A stretch of 59,106 nucleotides of DNA from Alphaproteobacteria bacterium (lineage in GTDB: Bacteria > Pseudomonadota > Alphaproteobacteria > RF32 > CAG-239): the NCBI GenBank assembly GCA_045537965.1, contig JAZSQL010000034.1, positions 1-59,106 on the forward strand, read 5' to 3'. Position 1 is the stretch's first letter. Every line of letters begins with the position of its first letter. The notes beneath the pieces were generated by a model, which was not told the origin of the DNA, searched no databases, and saw nothing but the letters and a program-made list of their open reading frames with translations. Both the position numbers and the translations under genes were made by a program. Below, one piece after another: positions 28,001-38,726 of the stretch.

Positions 28001-29486
28001 AAGATAATGCTGCCTTGCCTATGGTATATAAAGATCCATGACGCTTTTCACATTTCTTATCAACCGAATCTATTTGCTTTTTATGTTCTTGAGCTATAGA
28101 TTTGTATTTTGGCTTCAATCTTAAACGTTTAGCTACTGTAGCCTTTGCATCATTAGATGTAACATGAAAAGCAGCCAAAGATGCTTGTGATATTTCAATT
28201 TTCTTATCACTATCAATAATATTTTTAAATTGTTTCTCAAATTCTTCCTTTGCATTATCTCGATTAATTGTTCCTTTAAGTACACCTTCTGAAGCATGCA
28301 TTTTTAAAATACCCAACTGCAAACGAGTCGCATATTCTTCACGAAAGGCCTCTTCTGTTATCTCACCTTTCGTAGTATTAGCTAAAAACATTACCGTTTC
28401 TTGACGAACCTGCTCCCTAAACAGAGCTTTCATTTCATCATCATCTTTTCCTTTAAATTTTTCTCGACCAAAAGTTTTCAGCTCACCTGTAAAAACTATT
28501 CTATCTAAAATAGTATTAATTTCTTCCAAATCTTTATTAACCAGTGGTAGTTTTGCTTCATACTGCGCTTTTGCTTCTTCGAATACCTTTTTTCCTTTTT
28601 CTACAGTTTTTTTATTAGACTCATTCTTATCCAAATTTTCCAACAAAACACCAAAGTTGGCTATTTTCTGTGGTTCCACTAACTCAGATGTCTTTATTTT
28701 CTGAACTTTCTTAACAGCCCAATTTTCTAACTTTTTCCTATCACTTTCATCAAGATCCTCACACTGCAAAGCTCCTGCTAAAACAGATATTTCAAGAATA
28801 CTTTCATCACTATATTTGTTTAAAATAACCTTCACATCCCTAAGTTCTGTTGGAGATATTGCCTCATATTTAGCCCCCTCTTTAGTAAAAAGCTGTTCAT
28901 CTGAGGGCATTTTATTAAGAACTTCAAGATTAACCTTTACTGTTTCAACATCAACTAATTGAGTTTCTTCAATACCATGATATTCTTCAAAAGCTTTGAT
29001 CTCTGCATCAATAGAACTTTTAACCTCTTGAGCATTATTTTTTAAATCTTCATCTTTGCTAACTTCTGCAACAGTTCTCAACAAATCTTGTAATACATAT
29101 TTATCATCTGACTTAAGAATAACACTATCACCATTAATATAAGCTTGTGCTTTTTTTACAATTATGGCATCAAGATCTTTAACTTTATCAGAATTTCCTT
29201 TTACTAATCCAATTCTTAGTTCATAAAGATCACTAGGTGTCATATCATCAACACCTTTATCAAAAAATTCTTCAGCATTATTTTTATTAAATTTAGCGTT
29301 CTCTTCCAAAGTCTGTCGCTTAGTTCCAATTTTTTGTTTTAATTCTGCGATTCTATTCTTATTATCATCCGTTATATCGACCGCATTAAGCTGACTGCTA
29401 AGAATATTAATTTCATACAATGATAAATCCGAAAGATCCATCCCTTCTAAACCAGTCAAAACTACATCAACATTTTCATTTTCCAT
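25080..29486 (-). CDS. Large orphan protein (1468 aa): helical N-terminus, Gly/Ala hydrophobic core, acidic beta-repeat C-terminus
   Basis: Uninterrupted ORF, GAGGAG RBS; DxDGDG motifs; no recognisable family. Confidence 0.85.
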   Translation of the reverse strand: MENENVDVVLTGLEGMDLSDLSLYEINILSSQLNAVDITDDNKNRIAELKQKIGTKRQTLEENAKFNKNNAEEFFDKGVDDMTPSDLYELRIGLVKGNSDKVKDLDAIIVKKAQAYINGDSVILKSDDKYVLQDLLRTVAEVSKDEDLKNNAQEVKSSIDAEIKAFEEYHGIEETQLVDVETVKVNLEVLNKMPSDEQLFTKEGAKYEAISPTELRDVKVILNKYSDESILEISVLAGALQCEDLDESDRKKLENWAVKKVQKIKTSELVEPQKIANFGVLLENLDKNESNKKTVEKGKKVFEEAKAQYEAKLPLVNKDLEEINTILDRIVFTGELKTFGREKFKGKDDDEMKALFREQVRQETVMFLANTTKGEITEEAFREEYATRLQLGILKMHASEGVLKGTINRDNAKEEFEKQFKNIIDSDKKIEISQASLAAFHVTSNDAKATVAKRLRLKPKYKSIAQEHKKQIDSVDKKCEKRHGSLYTIGKAALSSGGWGIAYGIGASFGPAGIAVVGAASFAKSAYGLYASFKAEREAAKVKGQKLSFWQYMKANPKRVASTCLSAATACLGGLGAAQVFANPAVLSIAQTAVRGSGLLLGASNVIDAYRKAPEGKKWKTAAVAGASFVVGMVTGRVAGHYAGEIINDYQASNLDNGSGASTVSTMETNQQITKDENVVNTSLQTRADHIEHDKGPEFAPERAEVVPEPQYEQANETQLDRLFDANPKAVNEILGGEWKNSAELKQMMEDGGFSAEQLEAIHGAARAGFDENGHIIDNKLEGTYEELNAGNNTGIQTESVEVGKTIQVDVGNDGKGVYEVVGREGFDTQVERGYHSEANGSKFDVVKVVYTNDATGEKEVVYVGPEGPMSKETFDSQGRALECFDIKSGEEVLIHKTEYDDSNNTVTRTSYEGENVTRIVKQENTDTAEINYRDNDGDGKTDVTASYSKIDNTATFETETSKVIINDDMNEIKVIRDGKIYVNKLDDSATFEQRNEWYDMTKNLNKNPDAKLSEGFSEVPNEVQELLDVAKDKSEETGEQMGIAGAIMQKAYLVDIMEEAYENVVNGKPYLNENTGLIEMIESGKVFVGIDGDGDGQADSFIPKDKDGCTTKIEYEHDEDGGNLQKATITHTNAETGEKEVIVLSKEGTKTTCYDGEGHRTSYIEKNSEQTTTSKYEGDKLVSVEKDDNTGKTVDKYEEGKLVSRHVESKVSGEIQDQKFDESGEITSLEIIRGDICIDKRYEDGNVISETETDMKTGVEITKIYEEGEVREILEYDPNKGVIIGTKGDTKTETYLNENKTLNYEKNGEEYKLVSTITKDGVKEITTYHNHNDMQVTEENGHIKQVVYGNSTAYADGKGNIDKVEIKNEGGEKMILRSNGICQYFDKNGRESKPCAIECINLCNVGAMRNYIDQDSLNTLCNDANETPFKPGSSIKSTVDNIVSPRDVSQSTNRTSYSHGTAYKGMA

Positions 29487-29532
29487 TGAAATTCTCCTCA
29501 GACCAACAGTATCTTAAAACACCTATATGACC

Positions 29533-29559
29533 ATTTTACCCCCCCCGATTTTTTGTCAA
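29533..29559 (-). promoter_or_regulatory. sigma70 promoter with G8 tract in spacer
   Basis: TTGACA-aaaaatcGGGGGGGG-TAAAAT (15-bp spacer). Confidence 0.65.
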
Positions 29560-29600
29560 CTTTTTTCGCTAAAACATATAATATTTAACAAAATTGTAAC

Positions 29601-29633
29601 AAAAAAAGGAAGCTTTCATCAAAGCTTCCTTTT
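29601..29633 (-). terminator. Intrinsic terminator of mre/EAL operon
   Basis: AAAAGGAAGCTTT-catc-AAAGCTTCCTTTT with A run on the left. Confidence 0.85.
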
Positions 29634-29648
29634 AAACATTACAAAAAT

Positions 29649-30884
29649 TTAAAGTTTTCTCTTTATATTAGCTGCGTTCAAAAGCCTTTGAACATACCGT
29701 CCCTGATACAAATTAATTCCCAACGCATTTCCTGCTTCTATTGCATTAACATCGTCTATCCGACAAAGAATAATTTTTGCCCTTTCCGCTTTATTCATAT
29801 AATCCATAAAATGCTTATCTTCATTAAATATTTCAACCAATGATGGATGCCATACAAATTTCATCAAATCACAATCTAAATTTTTCCTATTTAGGTATTT
29901 CAATTTATCTACTGTAATACCATCAATACAAATCTTATATCCTCTAGCTTTAGCAAATGTTTTTGCCAAAATGAATGACCTAATATCACTAAAAATGTCA
30001 ACCAACTGCAACTCTAAAATAATACTCTGCCTCATTGAGCCACTTATGCTATCATCAAAACGTAAAAATTCATTTGACAATATTGTTGAAACATTAATGT
30101 TAACACTAAAATTACCAATAAGTGAACCATCATCATGACGTGAAATTATCTCCAAAACACGTCTATCCAAAGTTTCCGTTAAAGCTAAAAACAACCAGGG
30201 ATTTGCCGTAATATCAACATCTGGCAACAAAGAATCTCTCATATCTGGTATAGAAACAAAAACTTCTTCAAAAACTCTTTGCGGGGCCGACTTTCCTATA
30301 ACTGCACAAATTGCTTGTCGCCTAATAAAGCTAGAAAAATCCGCTACTGATATAATTTTTTGCACCTTAGCCAGCATATCTGGTGTAAACTCTTTATTAA
30401 AACGACGATTAGATGTATTAAAAAAAGAATTTTTCTTATATTCTTCTACTTTTTCACCTTTAACTTGTGAAGAATGACAACTAATCACCACTTTTTTAGA
30501 AAAATCAGAATACTCACTAGCCAAATCATAAATTAATGCTATACCACATTCTTCTAGACCAGCAGAGGATTTAATCTTATTATCATCATTCAACAAAAAC
30601 TTTATTCTAACCAAACTAGATGATATTTCATCAGCAACTTTTTTATTAAAAACCAATAAAATATCTTCATTTGGCAAAGTAAACATCTTAGCCATTCCAT
30701 TTTTTACTTGCGACATAAATATATCACATATCGCTTTTCTATTTGAAACTGTAGCGACATCAGCTTGCAAACTATGAACATTAAAATACAATACACTAAA
30801 ATTATCATGATTTAAGCAAAACTTATTTATATCATCAAGAATGACTACTTCCTTTTTGATGTTTTGTGTCTGATATTCTACCAT
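29649..30884 (-). CDS. Degenerate EAL-domain protein
   Basis: Q-(A)I, SVNIN, ILELQ, ICIDG, MKF, YQGRY pattern of the EAL fold without ExL/DDFG. Confidence 0.7.
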   Translation of the reverse strand: MVEYQTQNIKKEVVILDDINKFCLNHDNFSVLYFNVHSLQADVATVSNRKAICDIFMSQVKNGMAKMFTLPNEDILLVFNKKVADEISSSLVRIKFLLNDDNKIKSSAGLEECGIALIYDLASEYSDFSKKVVISCHSSQVKGEKVEEYKKNSFFNTSNRRFNKEFTPDMLAKVQKIISVADFSSFIRRQAICAVIGKSAPQRVFEEVFVSIPDMRDSLLPDVDITANPWLFLALTETLDRRVLEIISRHDDGSLIGNFSVNINVSTILSNEFLRFDDSISGSMRQSIILELQLVDIFSDIRSFILAKTFAKARGYKICIDGITVDKLKYLNRKNLDCDLMKFVWHPSLVEIFNEDKHFMDYMNKAERAKIILCRIDDVNAIEAGNALGINLYQGRYVQRLLNAANIKRKL

Positions 30885-30887
30885 TTT

Positions 30888-32192
30888 CTATTCCGCTACC
30901 TTTTCCAAAAAATCCTTATACTGACATTCATTTCTAAATGCCCCCGCAATTAATCTTTTACGTTTTAAGCAATCTTGCGCCGAACAAATCTTACCATTTG
31001 GACATTTTGCCCTAATCATAGCTGTTTCTATTGCATCAACATACGGACCTTGAAAAGCTCTAATATTATTTTTAATTCCCCAACGTATTGCCTTATCATC
31101 TAGACATTTAGCCAAAATAAATTTATCAGCCCCTATCCCCTCAACTACAAACTTAATATTATCATCACTAATTTCATAATCTTCCATCAAGGCATGCCAA
31201 AATATTTTAATATAATCTGGTTCCAAATATGCAATATTTAATGTCTGCAACATTTCAATACTTGCTGCATCAATCAATATCTGATGTCCTGCTTGATGCA
31301 GTAAAGTCTTCGCATCAGAATAAGCTCTTAGATTATTTAAGATATCCATTACCTGAACTTCCGCAATAATCTTTTGCCCATTTTCTGCCAATCGCTTCGC
31401 AAAATCCTCAAATTCTGATGTAAATATAGTTGATAGATTCAGATTAAGACTTATTTTTTCTGGCTTATTTTTAATGTCTGAAAACATAAAAGAATACATT
31501 GTCTTTTTATCTAAAGTTTGTGTCAAATATAGAAACAGCCACTTATTACCAACCAAATCTACATTCTGATCAAATCTCTTACTCAAATCTTTCACAGCCA
31601 CAAAATATTCTTCAAACATCAATCTAAATTTTGTTGAACTCTCGAATTTCAAGACACTCTGATGCTTTATCAAATCAACAATATTTATCTCATCTAAGTG
31701 TTCCTTAACAATATCAATTTGCCCTGCATCTAACGGATGTCTATACGAATCAATATCTGTCGAAAAATCATCTTGTAAAAAACCCTCTATTTTTCTATAT
31801 AACTCATCAAATTCTTCTGGCATATACAGATGAGTAAATTCACCTGAACTATGGCTTGTCCATATCGGATCAGTAATCAAACCTTGCCTTAACTTATCAA
31901 CAGCATCAACAACGACTTTTTCTGTAATATTTTTACCCAAAATAGCAAAATCTCCATTTGACAACACAAACATAGCACTATCTGCTATTGCCACCAAATC
32001 ATCAAACAATCTAGCTATAATTTTAACAAAACGAGGATGCCTATTTTTAGGCTTAAGCTTTGAAACATTAACGTACAAAACTTTATAATCAGTTCGATTC
32101 TTAGAAACACGATCCAAAGTTTCTAATAAATATTTTTCTGTATCAAATTTATTAAAAGCCACTTTACGCACCCTTCTAAATAACATCAACAA
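30888..32192 (-). CDS. Degenerate EAL-domain protein with Cys-rich tail
   Basis: SLNLN, IAEVQ, ILIDA, PDYIKI, FQGPY; paralog of downstream gene. Confidence 0.7.
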   Translation of the reverse strand: MLMLFRRVRKVAFNKFDTEKYLLETLDRVSKNRTDYKVLYVNVSKLKPKNRHPRFVKIIARLFDDLVAIADSAMFVLSNGDFAILGKNITEKVVVDAVDKLRQGLITDPIWTSHSSGEFTHLYMPEEFDELYRKIEGFLQDDFSTDIDSYRHPLDAGQIDIVKEHLDEINIVDLIKHQSVLKFESSTKFRLMFEEYFVAVKDLSKRFDQNVDLVGNKWLFLYLTQTLDKKTMYSFMFSDIKNKPEKISLNLNLSTIFTSEFEDFAKRLAENGQKIIAEVQVMDILNNLRAYSDAKTLLHQAGHQILIDAASIEMLQTLNIAYLEPDYIKIFWHALMEDYEISDDNIKFVVEGIGADKFILAKCLDDKAIRWGIKNNIRAFQGPYVDAIETAMIRAKCPNGKICSAQDCLKRKRLIAGAFRNECQYKDFLEKVAE

Positions 32193-32246
32193 TATTGTAA
32201 TATTGGTTTACTACCAAATGCAAGTTAATATATTTATTTTTCCAAC

Positions 32247-33386
32247 TCAGTCTTTACCAATATTAATATTACGATTAGTATTAACCGCCAAAATAATTCC
32301 AAAACCAGTCATTACCGAAATAATAACTGTTCCTCCATAAGAAATCAACGGCAATGGTACTCCAACAACAGGCAACAAACCTAAGACCATAGCAATATTA
32401 ATTATGACATACAAAAAATAACTAGTTGTTAAACCTATTGCCACTAATTTACCAAAATAACTAGAACTCCTAAGCGCAAAAACAAAACTACAAGCTATAA
32501 TCAAAAAGTTTATCAAAATAACTAATACTGCACCAATCAATCCAAATTCTTCTGACAACATCGTAAAAATAAAATCAGTATGTTTCTCTGGCAAAAAATT
32601 TAAATGACTTTGCGTACCATTCAAAAAACCTTTTCCAAAAACCCCTCCTGATCCCAAAGCAATCTTAGATTGAATTATATGATATCCTGTCCCTAAAGGA
32701 TCTCTTTCTGGATTTAAAAACGTTAGCACCCTATTTTTTTGATAATCATGCAAAAAATGCCACCCTATAGGCAACGAAACAATACCCCCTAAAATGATAA
32801 TAGCAAACTTCCATAATTGTACCCCTACAACAAAAAACATTGCTCCCGCTGTGAACAATAGCATTAATGCAGTTCCCAAATCTGGTTGTATCAAAACCAA
32901 CCCTACAGGGATCATTACCATTAAAATCGGTATTATTATCCCTTTAATTGTTTCAATACTCTGTAAAGTTCGTGAATTAAAATAACGAGCCAATGCCAGT
33001 ACTAATGCTATTTTCATCAATTCTGAAGGCTGCAATTTCATAAATCCTAGATTAATCCAGCGCTGAGCTCCCATCCCCACATGTCCACCTATTTCAACTA
33101 AAATCAATAACCCTAATATCCCAAAATAAAATAAATAGGCAAACCGCAAAAAAACTCTAATATCCATAAACGCCATAAACAACATAACAGCAAATCCCAA
33201 ACCAAACCTCATCAATTGAGGTCCTGCCCATGGTTGCCAACTTCCATTTGCTGCTGAATAAAGCATTATTATACCTATTGCTGCTAATATAAAAATCATT
33301 AGCACGTACGAAAAGCTAATTCCCCAAAACTTTTCCTTAAAACTAAGGTTTCTATTTCTAAAACTTGTTTCATATGCTTTGTACAT
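32247..33386 (-). CDS. rodA: Rod shape-determining protein RodA
   Basis: GAQRWI, QPSELMK, QPDLGT, PEKHTDF, SYGG. Confidence 0.96.
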   Translation of the reverse strand: MYKAYETSFRNRNLSFKEKFWGISFSYVLMIFILAAIGIIMLYSAANGSWQPWAGPQLMRFGLGFAVMLFMAFMDIRVFLRFAYLFYFGILGLLILVEIGGHVGMGAQRWINLGFMKLQPSELMKIALVLALARYFNSRTLQSIETIKGIIIPILMVMIPVGLVLIQPDLGTALMLLFTAGAMFFVVGVQLWKFAIIILGGIVSLPIGWHFLHDYQKNRVLTFLNPERDPLGTGYHIIQSKIALGSGGVFGKGFLNGTQSHLNFLPEKHTDFIFTMLSEEFGLIGAVLVILINFLIIACSFVFALRSSSYFGKLVAIGLTTSYFLYVIINIAMVLGLLPVVGVPLPLISYGGTVIISVMTGFGIILAVNTNRNINIGKD

Positions 33387-33394
33387 ATTTTACC

Positions 33395-35215
33395 TCAATC
33401 GATAGGTCTATCTGTTTCATCTAGCTGTAGTGCTTCTTGCAGCATTTGAGCTGCTATAGGTACTGCCACTGTTCCCGAACCACCATGTTCAACTAAAACA
33501 GCAATTCCATATTTTGGTTTATCAACAGGAGCATAAGCAACAAACAAAGCATGATTACGATACTTCCATGGCAAATCTTCTTGCTTCAATATTCCTGTTT
33601 GTCTTTCTTTCATACTAATACGGCGAACTTGTGTTGTCCCCGTTTTCCCAGCCATCTTTTGCCCTTTAAAATCAAATCTATGCAAATAGGCTGTTCCTCC
33701 AGGTTCATTAACTACATCATACATACCTTTTTTTATAATATCCATATTCTGCTGAGAAACATCTATTTTTTTCAATTTAAGTTTATTGTTAGCATCAATT
33801 TTCTTAAAAGTTGGGCTAACTTCATAACCTCCATTGGCAATACGTGAAACCATTGTTACTAACTGAATCGGCGTTGTTAAAATATAACCTTGCCCAATTC
33901 CTGAAATAATACTTTCTCCTTGCTGCCACGACTCTCCAAAACGTCTTTTCTTCCACTCAATATTAGGAATAAGTCCGCTTTTTTCATTTTCAAGCCCTAT
34001 ATTTGTCTTTTCTCCCAAACCGAACTTTCTAGCCATTGATGCAATTTTACCAATTCCCATCTTCTGAGCAGTTTCATAAAAGAAAACATCACACGAATGT
34101 TGCAAAGCTTGAACTACATCAATATAACCATGTCCAGCATCTTTCCAACAATGGAACGTATGATTACCTAATTCCATTTTACCAGCACAAAAAGAGCGTG
34201 TTTTCTTATTATTTATCCCTCCTTCCAAAGCAGCTAATCCTACAATCATCTTAAAAGTAGAACCAGGGGAATATAATCCTGAAACAGCTTTATTTAATAA
34301 CGGATTCTTTTCATTAGATTGCAAACTATTCCATTTTTCTTCTGATAAACCTCTCGTAAACATATTAGGATCAAAAGCTGGGGCCGATGCAAAAGCTAAC
34401 ACCTCACCAGTATCAACCTTCATCATTACTATTGCACCACTCTCTTCTCCTAAAAGCTCGTATGCTTTTTTTTGTAAGCGCAAATCCAAACTCAAATCAA
34501 CTCTATTACCTTCAATACCATCTTCCCGTTCAATCTCTTTCATAATACGTCCAACAGCATTAACTTCTAATTTCAAATTACCTGCTTGACCACGTAATGA
34601 TTTTTCATAAATTTTTTCAATACCCGATTTGCCTATCTTAAAACCAGGTATTTCTAACAATGGATCATCTTTTTCATCACTATCAGCAACAGCCGATACA
34701 TACCCAATAATATGCGCAAAAATATTACCATATGGATAATATCTAGACAATCCTTCATCAATAAACACTCCTGGCAAATCTGAAGCATTAAGTAAAATCT
34801 GCGTAACTTGCTCCCAACTTAGGTTATCTTTTATTTTGATTGGAACAAAACTTCTATTACGACGTAAATCTTTTCGAATACGTTTTTCTTCGTCATCACT
34901 TAAAAACATAATCTTTTTAAATGCGGCCAATGTTTCATCAACATTTGTAGTTTGTTCAGCTACCATCAACGCTTGAAAATTTTGCCTATTCCCCGCTAAT
35001 ATCTCCTGATGTCTATCATAAATAATTCCCCTTGGAGGAACCAATAAACGAGTTGAAATTCTATTTTCATCAGCTAATGTCTTATATTTCTCTGCTTGAT
35101 AAACCTGTAAATAGTACAAACGAAAAACAATTAAAAACAACAAAAACAGCTGCACTCCGCCCAAAAATAGCGACCTAGCAATTAAAACTTTACCTTTGTC
35201 ATTATCGCGATTCAT
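33395..35215 (-). CDS. mrdA: Penicillin-binding protein 2
   Basis: PGSTFK, SCD, KTGT motifs. Confidence 0.96.
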   Translation of the reverse strand: MNRDNDKGKVLIARSLFLGGVQLFLLFLIVFRLYYLQVYQAEKYKTLADENRISTRLLVPPRGIIYDRHQEILAGNRQNFQALMVAEQTTNVDETLAAFKKIMFLSDDEEKRIRKDLRRNRSFVPIKIKDNLSWEQVTQILLNASDLPGVFIDEGLSRYYPYGNIFAHIIGYVSAVADSDEKDDPLLEIPGFKIGKSGIEKIYEKSLRGQAGNLKLEVNAVGRIMKEIEREDGIEGNRVDLSLDLRLQKKAYELLGEESGAIVMMKVDTGEVLAFASAPAFDPNMFTRGLSEEKWNSLQSNEKNPLLNKAVSGLYSPGSTFKMIVGLAALEGGINNKKTRSFCAGKMELGNHTFHCWKDAGHGYIDVVQALQHSCDVFFYETAQKMGIGKIASMARKFGLGEKTNIGLENEKSGLIPNIEWKKRRFGESWQQGESIISGIGQGYILTTPIQLVTMVSRIANGGYEVSPTFKKIDANNKLKLKKIDVSQQNMDIIKKGMYDVVNEPGGTAYLHRFDFKGQKMAGKTGTTQVRRISMKERQTGILKQEDLPWKYRNHALFVAYAPVDKPKYGIAVLVEHGGSGTVAVPIAAQMLQEALQLDETDRPID

Positions 35216-35733
35216 AGACCATCACTCTGAATAAATTTATTTTGCACAGCTCCCAAAACAACTGAAACTAATGGATACAATGCTACTCCTATCAAATAAC
35301 AAAAAATCAACATAGATAGAGGCAAAAAGGTACTATAAAAGAATGAAACCACAAGCCATTTAACTAACAATGTTGACAAACAAAGAGCCATAAAACCATA
35401 CCACACAACTACAAACGGTTTTGCATTAAAAAACTTACGAGTATTGTAAATAAGCACATACATTACTAAATAAGCCAAAAAACCACTTCCTAAAATAGCC
35501 GAACTAATAGCTGCATTTGCTATTCCCAAAACCACTATTGATGTTAATCCAAATAAATCAGGTCTATGCAACATCCAAAAATAAATACAAGCCAGTCCTA
35601 AATCTGGACGTATATTATTAAACATTGCTAAATTAATCGGAATATAGGCCAAAAGCATAAAAACAATTGACGTCAAAATTGGCAACAATCTTTGAAATAA
35701 GGAGACTACATTTTCTTCAAAATCATCTCTCAT
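35212..35733 (-). CDS. mreD: MreD
   Basis: Hydrophobic, YFW..RPDL; between mreC and mrdA. Confidence 0.85.
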   Translation of the reverse strand: MRDDFEENVVSLFQRLLPILTSIVFMLLAYIPINLAMFNNIRPDLGLACIYFWMLHRPDLFGLTSIVVLGIANAAISSAILGSGFLAYLVMYVLIYNTRKFFNAKPFVVVWYGFMALCLSTLLVKWLVVSFFYSTFLPLSMLIFCYLIGVALYPLVSVVLGAVQNKFIQSDGL

Positions 35734-36589
35734 TATGATCCTCTTTATCTGAGTGCAAAAGCCCATCTATACCATATTTAACAATTTTCACATATTCAAG
35801 TCTTTCTAATGATGTAAACGGTTTTACTTTTATTTCATTTTTACTAACATCTACAACCTGTCCCACTGGCAATCCTGCAGGAAACACTCCTGACACTCCT
35901 GACGTAACAATTTTATCCCCAACATTAATTTTTGCATCCAAAGGAACAAATATTAATTTAGGAATCGCAGTATTATCACCTGACAAAATACCTCTAATTC
36001 TTGTCTTTTCAGTCATAACAGGAATGTTCAAATTAATATCCGTAATTAAAATAATCTTCGCATAATAGGCTGTAACCTTGTCAACTCTGCCAACAACCCC
36101 TTTATCTGACAAAACCACATCACCTTTAGCCACACTCCTGTTTCCAACATAAGCAACCATAGAATGAGCAAATGCATCACTTTCTTCAGCTACAACTCTA
36201 GCTGAAACAAAGTCTACTTCAGGTAAAGAAACATAATTTAACAAATCTGATAACAATTTATTTTCAATCTCTAATGCTTCATATTTATCCTTAAGCAATC
36301 TAAGTTTTCTATTTTCTTCCAACAATTCTTCATTATCTTGTTTTATTGTGACCAAATTACTAAAAAAGTCATACCCCTGTGTCAACATTTTTGCAGGAAC
36401 TACTAAAACATCAACAATAGCACCAACCAGATTTGTTGTAATTCCACTAGATTGTTCTAATAAAGTATTTTGATTTTTACTAAATAACATCAAAGCTAAT
36501 GCCGCTAAAAACAAAATAACCAGCGCAAATTTTTTGGCTAGTAATTTAAGCTGGTTAAGATGCAAAAACAAATTTCTGCGGCGCTTCAT
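35723..36589 (-). CDS. mreC: MreC
   Basis: Coiled coil, GVVGRV, TSG.SGVFPAGLPVG. Confidence 0.95.
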   Translation of the reverse strand: MKRRRNLFLHLNQLKLLAKKFALVILFLAALALMLFSKNQNTLLEQSSGITTNLVGAIVDVLVVPAKMLTQGYDFFSNLVTIKQDNEELLEENRKLRLLKDKYEALEIENKLLSDLLNYVSLPEVDFVSARVVAEESDAFAHSMVAYVGNRSVAKGDVVLSDKGVVGRVDKVTAYYAKIILITDINLNIPVMTEKTRIRGILSGDNTAIPKLIFVPLDAKINVGDKIVTSGVSGVFPAGLPVGQVVDVSKNEIKVKPFTSLERLEYVKIVKYGIDGLLHSDKEDHNER

Positions 36590-36673
36590 TAATATTCCCT
36601 TATACTTTCCACCTAAAGAGCCTGCATTGATATTATCACACAGACCCTTTAGTACAGAAAAAGATAAACAAAA

Positions 36674-37765
<1,092 letters not shown>

Positions 37766-37826
37766 TCATTTGATGTGCAAGAATAAAGTATTTTGTTCAC
37801 AAGAAAAACTATTTTATAGATAAATT

Positions 37827-38726
37827 CTATTCAATAACTAAATGTGCGATATTTTTAAGGCGATTTCTAAACCATGTGAGTTGCCTTTTGGCATATTGAC
37901 GAGTATGCAATTTAGCTTGTTTTACAGCATCTTCTAACAAACATTCACCATTCAAATAAGCTATTAATTCAGGAACACCTATTGCCTTCATAACAGGCAA
38001 ATTTTTATCTAATCCTCTTTCTTTTAAAGCTTCAACTTCAAGCAACGCCCCATTTTGCATCATCCAATCAAACCTTAACGAACATTTATCTTCTAATTTA
38101 CTTAATTGTGGCAACAATACAATTGTATTAAAATCAGCTTCTGGCAAATAATTAATCAATGGCTCATCAAACCATTCATTTATCGATTTTCCTGTATCTA
38201 AAAATATCTCTAAAGCCCTTCTAACTCTAGTTACATCATTAGGATTTACTCTAGATGCTCCTCCTTCATCGCACTTTTTTAAAGCTTCATAAACTTCTGA
38301 TACTCCACCTTTTTCAAGCATTATTCGAACTTTTTCTTTGACGCTAACTTTAGTTTCTGGTATTGGAGACACCCCCTTTATCAAGCTTTCAATATAAAAA
38401 CCCGTTCCCCCAACTACAATCGGTAATTTTCCCTTTTTCCAACTATCTTTAATAACCTTTACTGCTAGATTTAACCATTCAGAAACTGAACCATTTTTTT
38501 CTGGTTCAAAAATTTCATATAACAGATGCTCTACCTGCTGTTTATCCTCCTTTGATGGAACTGCAGAAATAATTGGAATGGTTCTATATACCTGTGAAGC
38601 ATCAGCATTGATAACAACACCATTATACCTACAAGCCAAATCCAAAGCCAATGCAGATTTTCCAGATGCTGTAGGTCCCGCAATTACAATTACTGTATTT
38701 AGCTTTATGTTATTTAAATCAATCAC
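37827..38726 (-). CDS. miaA: tRNA dimethylallyltransferase
   Basis: GPTASGKS, NADASQVY, VGGTGFY, YAKRQLTW; GTG start overlapping ddl end inferred. Confidence 0.95.
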   Translation of the reverse strand: MIDLNNIKLNTVIVIAGPTASGKSALALDLACRYNGVVINADASQVYRTIPIISAVPSKEDKQQVEHLLYEIFEPEKNGSVSEWLNLAVKVIKDSWKKGKLPIVVGGTGFYIESLIKGVSPIPETKVSVKEKVRIMLEKGGVSEVYEALKKCDEGGASRVNPNDVTRVRRALEIFLDTGKSINEWFDEPLINYLPEADFNTIVLLPQLSKLEDKCSLRFDWMMQNGALLEVEALKERGLDKNLPVMKAIGVPELIAYLNGECLLEDAVKQAKLHTRQYAKRQLTWFRNRLKNIAHLVIE

